A DNA stretch of 37,496 bases from a virus, in IMG/VR virus record IMGVR_UViG_3300045988_016114, positions 1 through 37,496 of that record. One strand, written 5' to 3'. A program made the position numbers and the translations under genes. The number at the start of each line of letters is the position of its first letter. Position 1 is the first letter of the stretch. Below, in pieces: positions 1 through 6,847 of this stretch. The notes beneath the pieces were generated by a model. It made no database searches. It was given only the letters and a program-made list of their open reading frames with translations, and was not told where the DNA came from.

Positions 1-55
1 CGGACACCCTAGCATTGCCGTACACCCTAGCATTGCCGTACACCCAAGCATCGCC
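1..55. repeat. Terminal direct repeat, identical to 37442..37496 (circular-assembly overlap)
   Basis: Base-for-base identity of cggacaccctagcattgccgtacaccctagcattgccgtacacccaagcatcgcc at both window ends. Confidence 0.95.
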
Positions 56-199
56 ATCATTGCTAAGGTTCTCTTCTTTCTCCACATATCCACCAAGTTC
101 TCCCTCTTTCACGTCCCCAAAAGAGAGTAGCGCCTTGATTCTAAATAGCTTCTTTCCTGCAAAGATTTTCGATTCTGCTGTTAATTCAAATTTTTTCAT
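1..199 (-). CDS. N-terminal part of a hexapeptide-repeat (predicted beta-solenoid) phage protein; continues at the window end
   Basis: ATG at 199 with GGAGG at 209-213. Reads MKKFELTAESKIFAGKKLFRIKALLSFGDVKEGELGGYVEKEENLSND, then GDAWVYGNARV repeats. Runs off base 1 and is in frame with 37496..37161 once the 55-bp overlap is removed (159 aa in total). Confidence 0.8.
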   Translation of the reverse strand, partial: MKKFELTAESKIFAGKKLFRIKALLSFGDVKEGELGGYVEKEENLSNDGDAWVYGNARVYGNARVS

Positions 200-255
200 C
201 TTGATTTTCCTCCTATTATCGCTTACTATTTAATTGGATTATTTAATAAGGGCGC

Positions 256-438
256 TTATCGGTTTACATACCGTGCGCTCTTTTTTACTGGGTGAGAGAT
301 GTTGATCAGCTTCAAATCCTCCAACCCTTTCTTCTTTTCCTGCTGATGTGGAAATGGAATAATATCTCCCATCGGCTCACTCTTCTTTTCGTATTGCTCG
401 ATTTTTCCGTGCTTATTAAAAAATCCTAGAATGCTCAT
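256..438 (-). CDS. Hypothetical early protein (60 aa)
   Basis: ORF with strong RBS AAAGGAGGTGG before ATG 438. 4-nt overlap with the upstream gene. No domain recognised. Confidence 0.6.
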   Translation of the reverse strand: MSILGFFNKHGKIEQYEKKSEPMGDIIPFPHQQEKKKGLEDLKLINISHPVKKSARYVNR

Positions 439-641
439 GCTTGTCCACCTCCTTTCTCAATTCCTAAAAGCTTATCAAGCTTATGTTGCCAGATAAAATA
501 CTCCCAGGTACTTCTTACTCCTTTTTTTGGCGGATATGCCTCGCCTAAATCCCAGATTCCCCGCTGCATCTTAATCCTTACGCAGTGCGCGGAACATCCG
601 ATCTGTTTCCCTGCTTCTTCTGGGCTTAACCTTTTTGCCAT
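435..641 (-). CDS. Small HTH DNA-binding protein (excisionase/MerR-like)
   Basis: 68 aa. MAKRLSPEEAGKQIGCSAHCVRIKMQRG resembles excisionase-family HTH proteins. RBS AAAGGAGGAG. Confidence 0.6.
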   Translation of the reverse strand: MAKRLSPEEAGKQIGCSAHCVRIKMQRGIWDLGEAYPPKKGVRSTWEYFIWQHKLDKLLGIEKGGGQA

Positions 642-734
642 GTTGCTCCTCCTTTCTTACAAATACGGTACACGGATACATCCTGCTGCTCTCAAGGCAG
701 TTATTGTGTTTTCTGCAATCTTTACAAGTCATAT

Positions 735-1484
735 CTACGCCGCCTTACTCAGAAACTTATTAATAAAGTACTGCTGCCCTTTTCCAGTCACTTTCGGAGT
801 GCGTGAAATCTTATTACAGCCATTTCCATCAATATGTACTGACTCTTTGATCTCAAACAGCCCCATGTCCATACTCTTCTGTGTTGGTAAGTTCCAATCA
901 CTGCCCTTCCTTTTAATCAGGTAGCCATTTTCACGCATCCATCCAAATAACCTCTGCGCTCCGATGTCTACGCCATTCTGGCGTAAGATTTTGGCTAAAT
1001 CTCCGACAAGGATAGATGTATTCGCTGTTGTGATAGCTTGTCCTAAGATTGCGTGTGGCTTCATCTCCTCGATCTGCGCTGTCTGCTCTTTGATGGTCTT
1101 CTGGGCTTCTAATACTGCCAGAGCAAGGAGTTCTTTGCCTTGCGGCTGTTTCATGTCGTAACCACCAGTCTTTCTAATAGATGGAAGAACTTCACTTGTC
1201 ACCCAGTGCTTAAATCTTTTTGCGGATTCTAGCTTACTGCCGAAGATGAGGGCGTATAAGCCGGATTCTGAAATGATCGGTGTTTTCTGCATCCTTCCGA
1301 TGGAGTCCTGAATCGGGATTTCATCTTTATCCTCCGAATCAACATGGTCCTGAATAGCTTTCGTTGCCCTTTCATATCCAAGTGATGTTGCCACATCTTT
1401 CCCCACAAACCACGGTTCATTGTCAATAGTTACTGTTCGGATGTTACCGAACTCTTCGTTGTTAAAAATCTGTAATTCGTTCAT
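735..1484 (-). CDS. ant: Phage antirepressor (Bro-N plus KilAC/ANT domains)
   Basis: N-terminal Bro-N motif FGNIRTVTIDNEPWFVGKDVATSLGY. C-terminal KilAC-type segment LVGDLAKILRQNGVDIGAQRLFGWMRENGYL. Confidence 0.9.
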   Translation of the reverse strand: MNELQIFNNEEFGNIRTVTIDNEPWFVGKDVATSLGYERATKAIQDHVDSEDKDEIPIQDSIGRMQKTPIISESGLYALIFGSKLESAKRFKHWVTSEVLPSIRKTGGYDMKQPQGKELLALAVLEAQKTIKEQTAQIEEMKPHAILGQAITTANTSILVGDLAKILRQNGVDIGAQRLFGWMRENGYLIKRKGSDWNLPTQKSMDMGLFEIKESVHIDGNGCNKISRTPKVTGKGQQYFINKFLSKAA

Positions 1485-1494
1485 TTTTTACCTC

Positions 1495-1662
1495 CTAATC
1501 TTCTTTCTTAACAGATTCGCCCTTACTCTGCTCTGCTTCTTCTACCGTTTTCTTGGATGCCATCGCTTCAGCAAATCCCAAGAAGTATCCTTTATCCATG
1601 TCGGACATTTCCGGCAGCGCATGTGCTACTTTGCGGATAATCTCTTTTTCTTTCTCACTCAT
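1495..1662 (-). CDS. Hypothetical small protein (55 aa, below the ORF-track cutoff)
   Basis: MSEKEKEIIRKVAHALPEMSDMDKGYFLGFAEAMASKKTVEEAEQSKGESVKKED. RBS GAGAGGTG 6 nt before ATG 1662. Stop abuts the ant RBS. Confidence 0.5.
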   Translation of the reverse strand: MSEKEKEIIRKVAHALPEMSDMDKGYFLGFAEAMASKKTVEEAEQSKGESVKKED

Positions 1663-1760
1663 GCTGTCACCTCTCTTTCACTTCTCGCTGTCCTCTGCAT
1701 CTTCCGGGCTTGGAACCGGCTTCGGCTGCATTACAGTGCCGAGATAACCCGGCTATTGAG

Positions 1761-2069
1761 TTAAATATGTAATAATGCGACTTGTTTCAAATTATTTTCT
1801 TTTATATAAGCAAGAACATCTTCTTCCGTCCCCGCTACCACTGTCGCTGTACATCCTTTTGTAACTTTGTCTAAATGGTAGAAATCTTCGTTATTTCTTA
1901 AAAAGAAGTTCGATTTTCCTTTCATGTAATGCGTTGCGTATTCGCCTTTTTTATTGTTCTGATTACCATATCTAAAACTGTCATTTCTATTTCCTCGCTT
2001 TCGTTTGTGTTGTTTTGAGCTTGTAAACTCATAATACAGCCATTTTAAGAGTTTGTCAACCCTTTCCAA
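1761..2069 (-). CDS. Hypothetical first early-operon ORF (start uncertain)
   Basis: 102-aa ORF, but its first codon is TTG with no RBS, and a consensus promoter lies inside its 5' end. Alternative: ATG 1925 (54 aa), coupled by an ATGA overlap to a 20-aa leader ORF at 1922..1984 that has RBS GAGG. Confidence 0.4.
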   Translation of the reverse strand: MERVDKLLKWLYYEFTSSKQHKRKRGNRNDSFRYGNQNNKKGEYATHYMKGKSNFFLRNNEDFYHLDKVTKGCTATVVAGTEEDVLAYIKENNLKQVALLHI

Positions 2070-2103
2070 GAAAATTTATTTTGCTTTTTGAGTTGATAAA
2101 CTC
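2017..2103. promoter_or_regulatory. Three related 14-bp pseudo-palindromic operator candidates in the genetic switch
   Basis: GAGCTTGTAAACTC (2017-2030), GAGTTTGTCAACCC (2049-2062), GAGTTGATAAACTC (2090-2103), pairwise 9-11/14 identical. They overlap the start region and -35 of the leftward promoter and the -35 of the rightward promoter. Confidence 0.55.
2031..2059 (-). promoter_or_regulatory. Early (lytic-direction) sigma-A type promoter
   Basis: Read on the minus strand: TTGACA (2059-2054), 17-nt spacer, TATTAT (2036-2031). Confidence 0.65.
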
Positions 2104-2121
2104 ACAATCATGTGATATAAT
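2093..2121 (+). promoter_or_regulatory. Repressor-gene promoter with extended -10
   Basis: TTGATA (2093-2098), 17-nt spacer, TGaTATAAT (2113-2121). Followed by AGGAGG and the repressor ORF. Confidence 0.7.
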
Positions 2122-2150
2122 ACATATTGTCAGGAGGTGATAATTTGGAA

Positions 2151-2525
2151 ATGTATGAGAGGATAAAGCTCCTCCGAACCGAACAATTACATATGACACA
2201 AACCGAATTTGGAGAAGCTCTCGGAGTAAAACGGGATGTTATAAATAATATTGAAAATAATCGTTTGAAGAATCCGGAAAAGCAAGAACCGATTTATAGG
2301 TTGATGTGTGAAAAATTCAACGTAAGCGACGAATGGCTCCGAACTGGAGAAGGCGAGATGTTTGTTCCGTTAACAAAGAATCAGGTAATTACAGAATTTG
2401 CAGCTGATCTAGTAATGGAAGATAATACATTTAAGAAGCGTCTTTTTGAGGCACTAGCCAAACTTAATGAAAGCGAGTGGGAGGTTCTGGAAAAGCTGGC
2501 TAACAGCTTAATAAAAAAGGACTAG
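2151..2525 (+). CDS. cI-like XRE-family repressor without a peptidase domain
   Basis: HTH LHMTQTEFGEALGVKRDVINNIENNR, then NVSDEWLRTGEGEMF and a helical C-terminal domain. No S24 Ser/Lys motif seen. Start is ATG 2151 or TTG 2145, after GGAGG at 2133-2137. Confidence 0.8.
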   Translation: MYERIKLLRTEQLHMTQTEFGEALGVKRDVINNIENNRLKNPEKQEPIYRLMCEKFNVSDEWLRTGEGEMFVPLTKNQVITEFAADLVMEDNTFKKRLFEALAKLNESEWEVLEKLANSLIKKD

Positions 2526-2539
2526 GGGTCATCCCCTAG
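2522..2539. terminator. Bidirectional intrinsic terminator hairpin
   Basis: CTAGGGG-tcat-CCCCTAG, 7-bp GC-rich stem. T-run follows on the minus strand (TCCTTTTTTATT) and a weaker one on the plus strand (cccagaatcttttt). Confidence 0.7.
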
Positions 2540-2634
2540 CCCAGAATCTTTTTGCAGAATCGGAAAACAAGTTCTAACATTTCTGCGTTATTGGACTTAT
2601 TGACCAATTCAATGATTAATCGCTTATAATCCAT
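2536..2634 (-). CDS. 32-aa micro-ORF downstream of the SOS-box promoter
   Basis: GGAGGG (2647-2642) 7 nt before ATG 2634. MDYKRLIIELVNKSNNAEMLELVFRFCKKILG. Stop lies inside the terminator hairpin. Confidence 0.4.
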   Translation of the reverse strand: MDYKRLIIELVNKSNNAEMLELVFRFCKKILG

Positions 2635-2684
2635 TATGTATCCCTCCGCGCTTTTCGAACAAACTTTCGAAATTCCTTATTGAA

Positions 2685-2713
2685 ATATTACTACACTTCC
2701 AAACATATTTCAA
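2685..2713 (-). promoter_or_regulatory. Promoter for the micro-ORF, embedded in an 11-bp inverted repeat
   Basis: Minus strand: TTGAAA (2713-2708), 17 nt, TAATAT (2690-2685). The inverted repeat TATTGAAATAT / ATATTTCAATA spans both hexamers. Confidence 0.6.
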
Positions 2714-2722
2714 TAGATTTTC

Positions 2723-2736
2723 CGAACATTTGTTCT
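2723..2736. promoter_or_regulatory. LexA (Cheo-box type) operator candidate
   Basis: CGAACATTTGTTCT contains a perfect GAAC-N4-GTTC core. A one-mismatch second copy, CGAACAAACTTTCG, lies at 2656-2669. Confidence 0.5.
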
Positions 2737-2832
2737 GTTTTTTAAAGGAAAATTTTTCCTTTCTATATAAGTAAACAAAGCAACGTGGGAAAACTTATGC
2801 GAAACATGAAAATCGTCCCAGATCTGGGACAC

Positions 2833-3030
2833 TTATTTGTATGGAGAATCGATAAGGTCAAAAATTCGCACCTTTAAGCCTTTGGCAAGAATTTCCAGTG
2901 TATCCGCCGATGGTGATACTGTACCATTTGCAATGCGGCTGATCGTAGACTTGGATATGCCAGTCATAATCGAAACTTGCCGAGTAGATAGGTTTTTGTT
3001 TGCCATGATCTTATCGAGTAATATCTTCAT
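2833..3030 (-). CDS. Small XRE-family HTH regulator (65 aa, Cro-sized)
   Basis: LSTRQVSIMTGISKSTISRIANG is a canonical XRE helix-turn-helix. TATAAT at 3042-3037 sits only 6 nt from the ATG and there is no SD, so the mRNA may be leaderless. Confidence 0.8.
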   Translation of the reverse strand: MKILLDKIMANKNLSTRQVSIMTGISKSTISRIANGTVSPSADTLEILAKGLKVRIFDLIDSPYK

Positions 3031-3167
3031 ATTGCAATTATAAAATACAAAACATTACAGGTATACTGGTAAAAAATGGAAAAGATATAGATGCTTCGGC
3101 GTTTATATAAATGTGGCGTTACAAAAGAAAGAATGCAGGGGAAAGAGAGGTCTAATCAAAGGGAAGA

Positions 3168-4190
3168 ATGGGATTTCGTTTCAGAAAAAGTTTTAAAATT
3201 GCTCCCGGTGTAAAATTTAATCTTAATAAGAAAAGCCATAGCTTTACGTTTGGTGGCAAAGGAATGCATTACACTGTTAATTCCGATGGAAAGCGCACCA
3301 AAAGCTTCGGGATTCCAGGGAGCGGACTGTATTACACAGAAACCAAAAACGGAAAAACTAAAGAAAAGAAGGGGGAAACAATGAGAAAAACAACAAAACA
3401 AAGCGGAGGAGGATGTCTCGGGCTTATCGTCTTACTGATAATGCTATCTGTTGCACTCGCTGCATACTCTCTTTTTTGGATACCTGCTATACCAGTTTTG
3501 ATATACTTCCTTGTGTCCAAAAAATTCCGCGCGTATAGAGTCAGGAATACTGCAATATGCTCAGCTGTGATCATAACATCTCTGATAGTATTTATATGGC
3601 TGAGATCTCCGTCTGAATTGAACTCTATATCCGTAGAATGGGGAAAAGAAGAATTTAATATAGGAGATGTTACAGAGGTAAAAATCACTCCAAGCCCATC
3701 AGATGCAGAAATTGAAACTCTTGAACTATCTGAAAATAACATCGCAACCCTTAAATTTGAGGATGGAAAAGCAATCGTTACATTTGAAAATTCCGGAGAT
3801 GCAGTGCTATTTTTCACAGCAAACAACGATGTCAAAAGTATCTCGAAAACTATTACCGTTATAAACCCAGAAGAAGAAGCGAGATTAAAAGCTAAGGAAG
3901 AAGAACAGATACGTTTGGAACAAGAGGCACAAGCTGCCGAACAAGCAAGAATCGAACAGGAACAAGCTGCTGCCGAGCAGGAAAGAATCGCACAAGAGCA
4001 GGCTGCTGCACAAGCAGCACAAGAACAGGCTACACAACAAAGCCAAGAAGATCCTATTGTATATGTAACAAATACCGGCGCTAAATACCATAGATCCGGA
4101 TGCAGAACTTTAAAATCACAAATAGAAAAACATTTGTCCGAGGTTCGCGGTTACTACGAACCTTGCGGAATTTGCAACCCTCCGCAATAA
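3168..4190 (+). CDS. DUF4236-type membrane protein with coiled coil and C-terminal Cys motif (moron candidate)
   Basis: N-terminus MGFRFRKSFKIAPGVKFNLNKKSHSFTFG is DUF4236-like. Two or three hydrophobic spans. Q/E/A-rich coiled coil EQEAQAAEQARIEQEQAAAEQERIAQEQ. C-terminus GAKYHRSGCRTLK...YEPCGICNP. Confidence 0.75.
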   Translation: MGFRFRKSFKIAPGVKFNLNKKSHSFTFGGKGMHYTVNSDGKRTKSFGIPGSGLYYTETKNGKTKEKKGETMRKTTKQSGGGCLGLIVLLIMLSVALAAYSLFWIPAIPVLIYFLVSKKFRAYRVRNTAICSAVIITSLIVFIWLRSPSELNSISVEWGKEEFNIGDVTEVKITPSPSDAEIETLELSENNIATLKFEDGKAIVTFENSGDAVLFFTANNDVKSISKTITVINPEEEARLKAKEEEQIRLEQEAQAAEQARIEQEQAAAEQERIAQEQAAAQAAQEQATQQSQEDPIVYVTNTGAKYHRSGCRTLKSQIEKHLSEVRGYYEPCGICNPPQ

Positions 4191-4356
4191 ATAACGAAAA
4201 ACCGCCCAGTGTTACCAGCACTGAACGGCTTAATATACACCCGAAGATGTACGACATGTTTGCAAATATATTGTATCATCTTCGAAACAGTTTAACAATC
4301 AGAACATGCATTCTTTTTGTTAGCTGTTATTTTTATACCATAAAGGAGATGAATCT

Positions 4357-5508
4357 ATGCCAAAGAGAAAGAAACACCCCAAATTACCAAATGGATATGG
4401 CTCCATTAAATATCTCGGAAAAAACCGCCGGAATCCTTATGCCGTGCATCCACCAGTTACCGACTACACAGATGAGGGAGTCCCGATCACACCAAAAGCC
4501 CTATGCTATGTAGATGACTGGATGAAAGGATTTATCGTCTTAACATCATATAAAGCTGGCACATACACGAAAGGAGACGAAAGGGATATAATCTTACCTA
4601 TCGATCAGAAAAGCCTTGAAATCATCGCACAGCGCTTGCTGTCTGACTATAACAAAGCACAGGGGATTGCAGAAGAAGAAAACGCGCCAGAAAAGACTTT
4701 TGCAGAAGTGTATAAGGAGTTTTGGAAGTATAAATTTGAAAATGAAAAAGGAAAGAAATTATCTGAATCAAGCAAACGTTCGATTCAGGCAGCCTTTAAA
4801 AATGCCAAAACTCTGCACGACCGCCCATTTAGGGAACTGAGACACGATGATCTGCAATCCGTTGTAGATAACTGCCCTCTAAAACACTCCTCTTTGGAGC
4901 TGATCGTGCATCTATTCCGGCAAATGTATGCTTATGCGGACATCTATGAATTATGTGATAAAGACTACTCTACGCATATTAAAATCAACAAGGAGGATGA
5001 CGATGAATCCGGTGTGCCATTTACTAATAACGACCTTAAAATCTTATGGAATAACAAAGACGATGAAATTGTAGAATTTATCTTGATTATGTGTTATTCC
5101 GGATTCCGGATCCGTGCGTATAAAAACTTAGAGATCAACCTAAAAGAGACATATTTTAAGGGTGGCATAAAAACGAAAGCCAGCAAAGACCGCATTGTCC
5201 CAATCCACTCCGCCATATTTCCTCTTGTCAAACGCAGGCTAAAAGCAAACGGCATATTCCCGAATGCGTACAGCAGCTTTTTAAAAGATATGTCAAATAA
5301 ATTATCGGAATTAGGAATTGAAAAGCACACCCCTCACGACTGTCGACACACATTTTCGGCTCTTTGCGAGAAATACGGTGTAAATGAAAATGACCGTAAG
5401 AGAATGATGGGACATAGCTTTGGGAATGATATTACAAACGCAAAGTATGGTCACCGCACCATTGAAGATCTAAGAAAAGAAATCGAAAAGATAAAAGTTT
5501 GTTACTAA
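4357..5508 (+). CDS. int: Tyrosine integrase (phage integrase family)
   Basis: C-terminal catalytic motifs HDCRHTF (H-x-x-R), MMGHS and YGHRT (Tyr). RBS AAAGGAG. Confidence 0.92.
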   Translation: MPKRKKHPKLPNGYGSIKYLGKNRRNPYAVHPPVTDYTDEGVPITPKALCYVDDWMKGFIVLTSYKAGTYTKGDERDIILPIDQKSLEIIAQRLLSDYNKAQGIAEEENAPEKTFAEVYKEFWKYKFENEKGKKLSESSKRSIQAAFKNAKTLHDRPFRELRHDDLQSVVDNCPLKHSSLELIVHLFRQMYAYADIYELCDKDYSTHIKINKEDDDESGVPFTNNDLKILWNNKDDEIVEFILIMCYSGFRIRAYKNLEINLKETYFKGGIKTKASKDRIVPIHSAIFPLVKRRLKANGIFPNAYSSFLKDMSNKLSELGIEKHTPHDCRHTFSALCEKYGVNENDRKRMMGHSFGNDITNAKYGHRTIEDLRKEIEKIKVCY

Positions 5509-5720
5509 TGTGTTACTAACGGAATCGAATTATCTATGTTTTAAGCAGTCCGATATGCACTAACTAAACACTTAAAAAACGGCTTAAAATCAACGTTTTT
5601 CGTTATTTTCGTTGCAATTAAGCCATTCTTCACAATCATGCCAACTTTAAGAAATGTTTAATTTCATATCACGATTTTAGTGGGTTTTCAAGCATTTTTG
5701 TTACTAATGTGTTACTAACG
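5498..5720. repeat. attP-like region bounded by a 24-bp direct repeat (integrase arm-site candidates)
   Basis: TTTGTTACTAATGTGTTACTAACG at 5498-5521 and 5697-5720, each holding two GTTACTAA units. Between them: tandem TTTTCGTT (5597-5604, 5606-5613) and inverted repeat GGCTTAA/TTAAGCC (5581-5587, 5618-5624). Confidence 0.6.
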
Positions 5721-5813
5721 CGTTTAAATTAAGATGATACAATATATCCTTTTCCACTCTCTCTTTGCTTTTTCTAGAGGGTGGAATTTTTATAATTATT
5801 TTCTTTTTTTCTA

Positions 5814-5842
5814 TTGACTTTACGCCAATATTGGCGTATGAT
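5814..5842 (+). promoter_or_regulatory. Cassette promoter with a palindromic operator in the spacer
   Basis: TTGACT (5814-5819), 17 nt, TATGAT (5837-5842). The spacer contains the perfect 14-bp palindrome CGCCAATATTGGCG (5823-5836). Confidence 0.7.
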
Positions 5843-5876
5843 AAGGCCATAAGATAAAGCATAGGAGATACGAAAG

Positions 5877-6341
5877 ATGAAAAAATACAACTTATCAAAC
5901 ATTATGAAAAGAGCATGGAGAATGGTTAAGAAATTAGGATTCGGAATCTCCGAAGCTTTGAAAAAGGCATGGAAGGAAGCGAAAGCAATGAAAGAAGAAA
6001 TCATCAGGATGACTGTTGTGAGAAATGAAATCTTTATAGTAAACACAACAACTGGAGAAATCAGCGGAAAAACTTACAATGCAAAAGAGTGGCTTAAGAA
6101 GAGTTTTGATGCAAAATGGAACAAAGAAACAAGAACTTGGTTTGCGAAACCGGAAGAAATCAAAGAAGAATTGGCAAAATATCCGGGATACTATGAATCA
6201 TACATCGTTAAAGAAAGCGAAGAAGCTGCAGCGATTGAAAACGATGAAATCATCAAAAAAGAACTTGTAAACAGAAATGATGGTTTTTACTCAAAAAACA
6301 CTCACAAATCAGGAAAAATCACATACTCATTTGTGGGCTAA
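5877..6341 (+). CDS. Hypothetical protein, first gene of the plus-strand cassette
   Basis: 154 aa, RBS AGGAG. Amphipathic N-terminus (KRAWRMVKKLGFGISEALKKAWKEAK), then KTYNAKEWLKKSFDAKWNKETRTWF, a Y..K..LK....W....K.W mini-motif. No function recognised. Confidence 0.7.
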   Translation: MKKYNLSNIMKRAWRMVKKLGFGISEALKKAWKEAKAMKEEIIRMTVVRNEIFIVNTTTGEISGKTYNAKEWLKKSFDAKWNKETRTWFAKPEEIKEELAKYPGYYESYIVKESEEAAAIENDEIIKKELVNRNDGFYSKNTHKSGKITYSFVG

Positions 6342-6388
6342 TAACAAAATGCTGACCTACCGGCTATACGGGGAGAAGGAGAAGATCT

Positions 6389-6832
6389 ATGGCAGAACTT
6401 AAAGAACTCAGAAAATTTATGAACCTCACACAGAAAGAGCTTGCTGAAAAAACCGGAATGAACATCCGCCAAATACAGAAGCTCGAAAAGGGCGAAATTG
6501 ACGTTAATAACATTACTGCAAAGAATGCGCAGGCTTTATCTAGTGCTCTTGGGTGCAGCGTCGAGGAAATGTTGACATTAGACCTAAATATCTTTACCGA
6601 GGATGCAAAACAATCCTTGAAAGATGGAGAATTAGATTTGCGCAATCTATTAAGAATGGACAAGTACCAGAAAATAAAAAAACTCAGTAAGATTGGAAGC
6701 TTTGAAAACACCTTTTACGAAAATTACAAATGGATCCCGGAATCTTTGTTTGATAAGTTGACACCGGATGAACTTGCAAATCTCGTAGATAGCTTTTATG
6801 ATTGTTATAGTGCAGGGAAAAATGCAAGATAA
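6389..6832 (+). CDS. Two-domain protein: N-terminal XRE HTH plus unknown C-terminal domain
   Basis: LTQKELAEKTGMNIRQIQKLEKGE is an XRE HTH. About 80 further residues have no recognised domain. RBS GGAGAAGGAG. Confidence 0.8.
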   Translation: MAELKELRKFMNLTQKELAEKTGMNIRQIQKLEKGEIDVNNITAKNAQALSSALGCSVEEMLTLDLNIFTEDAKQSLKDGELDLRNLLRMDKYQKIKKLSKIGSFENTFYENYKWIPESLFDKLTPDELANLVDSFYDCYSAGKNAR

Positions 6833-6847
6833 AAGGAGTTGTTTAAG

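Noticed and set aside
573-732. 53-aa Cys-containing ORF (MTCKDCRKHNNCLESSRMYPCTVF...) starting 3 nt after the ant stop.
   Set aside because: It has only a weak RBS (AAGG). Its last 69 nt (about 23 codons) overlap the well-supported HTH gene (435-641) in another frame. It may be real but is not supportable from sequence alone.
4242-4284. Inverted repeat CGAAGATG...CATCTTCG upstream of int as a terminator or operator.
   Set aside because: The 8-bp arms are separated by a 27-nt loop, with no T-tract and no repeat elsewhere. That is too weak to call a feature, though it could modulate int expression.
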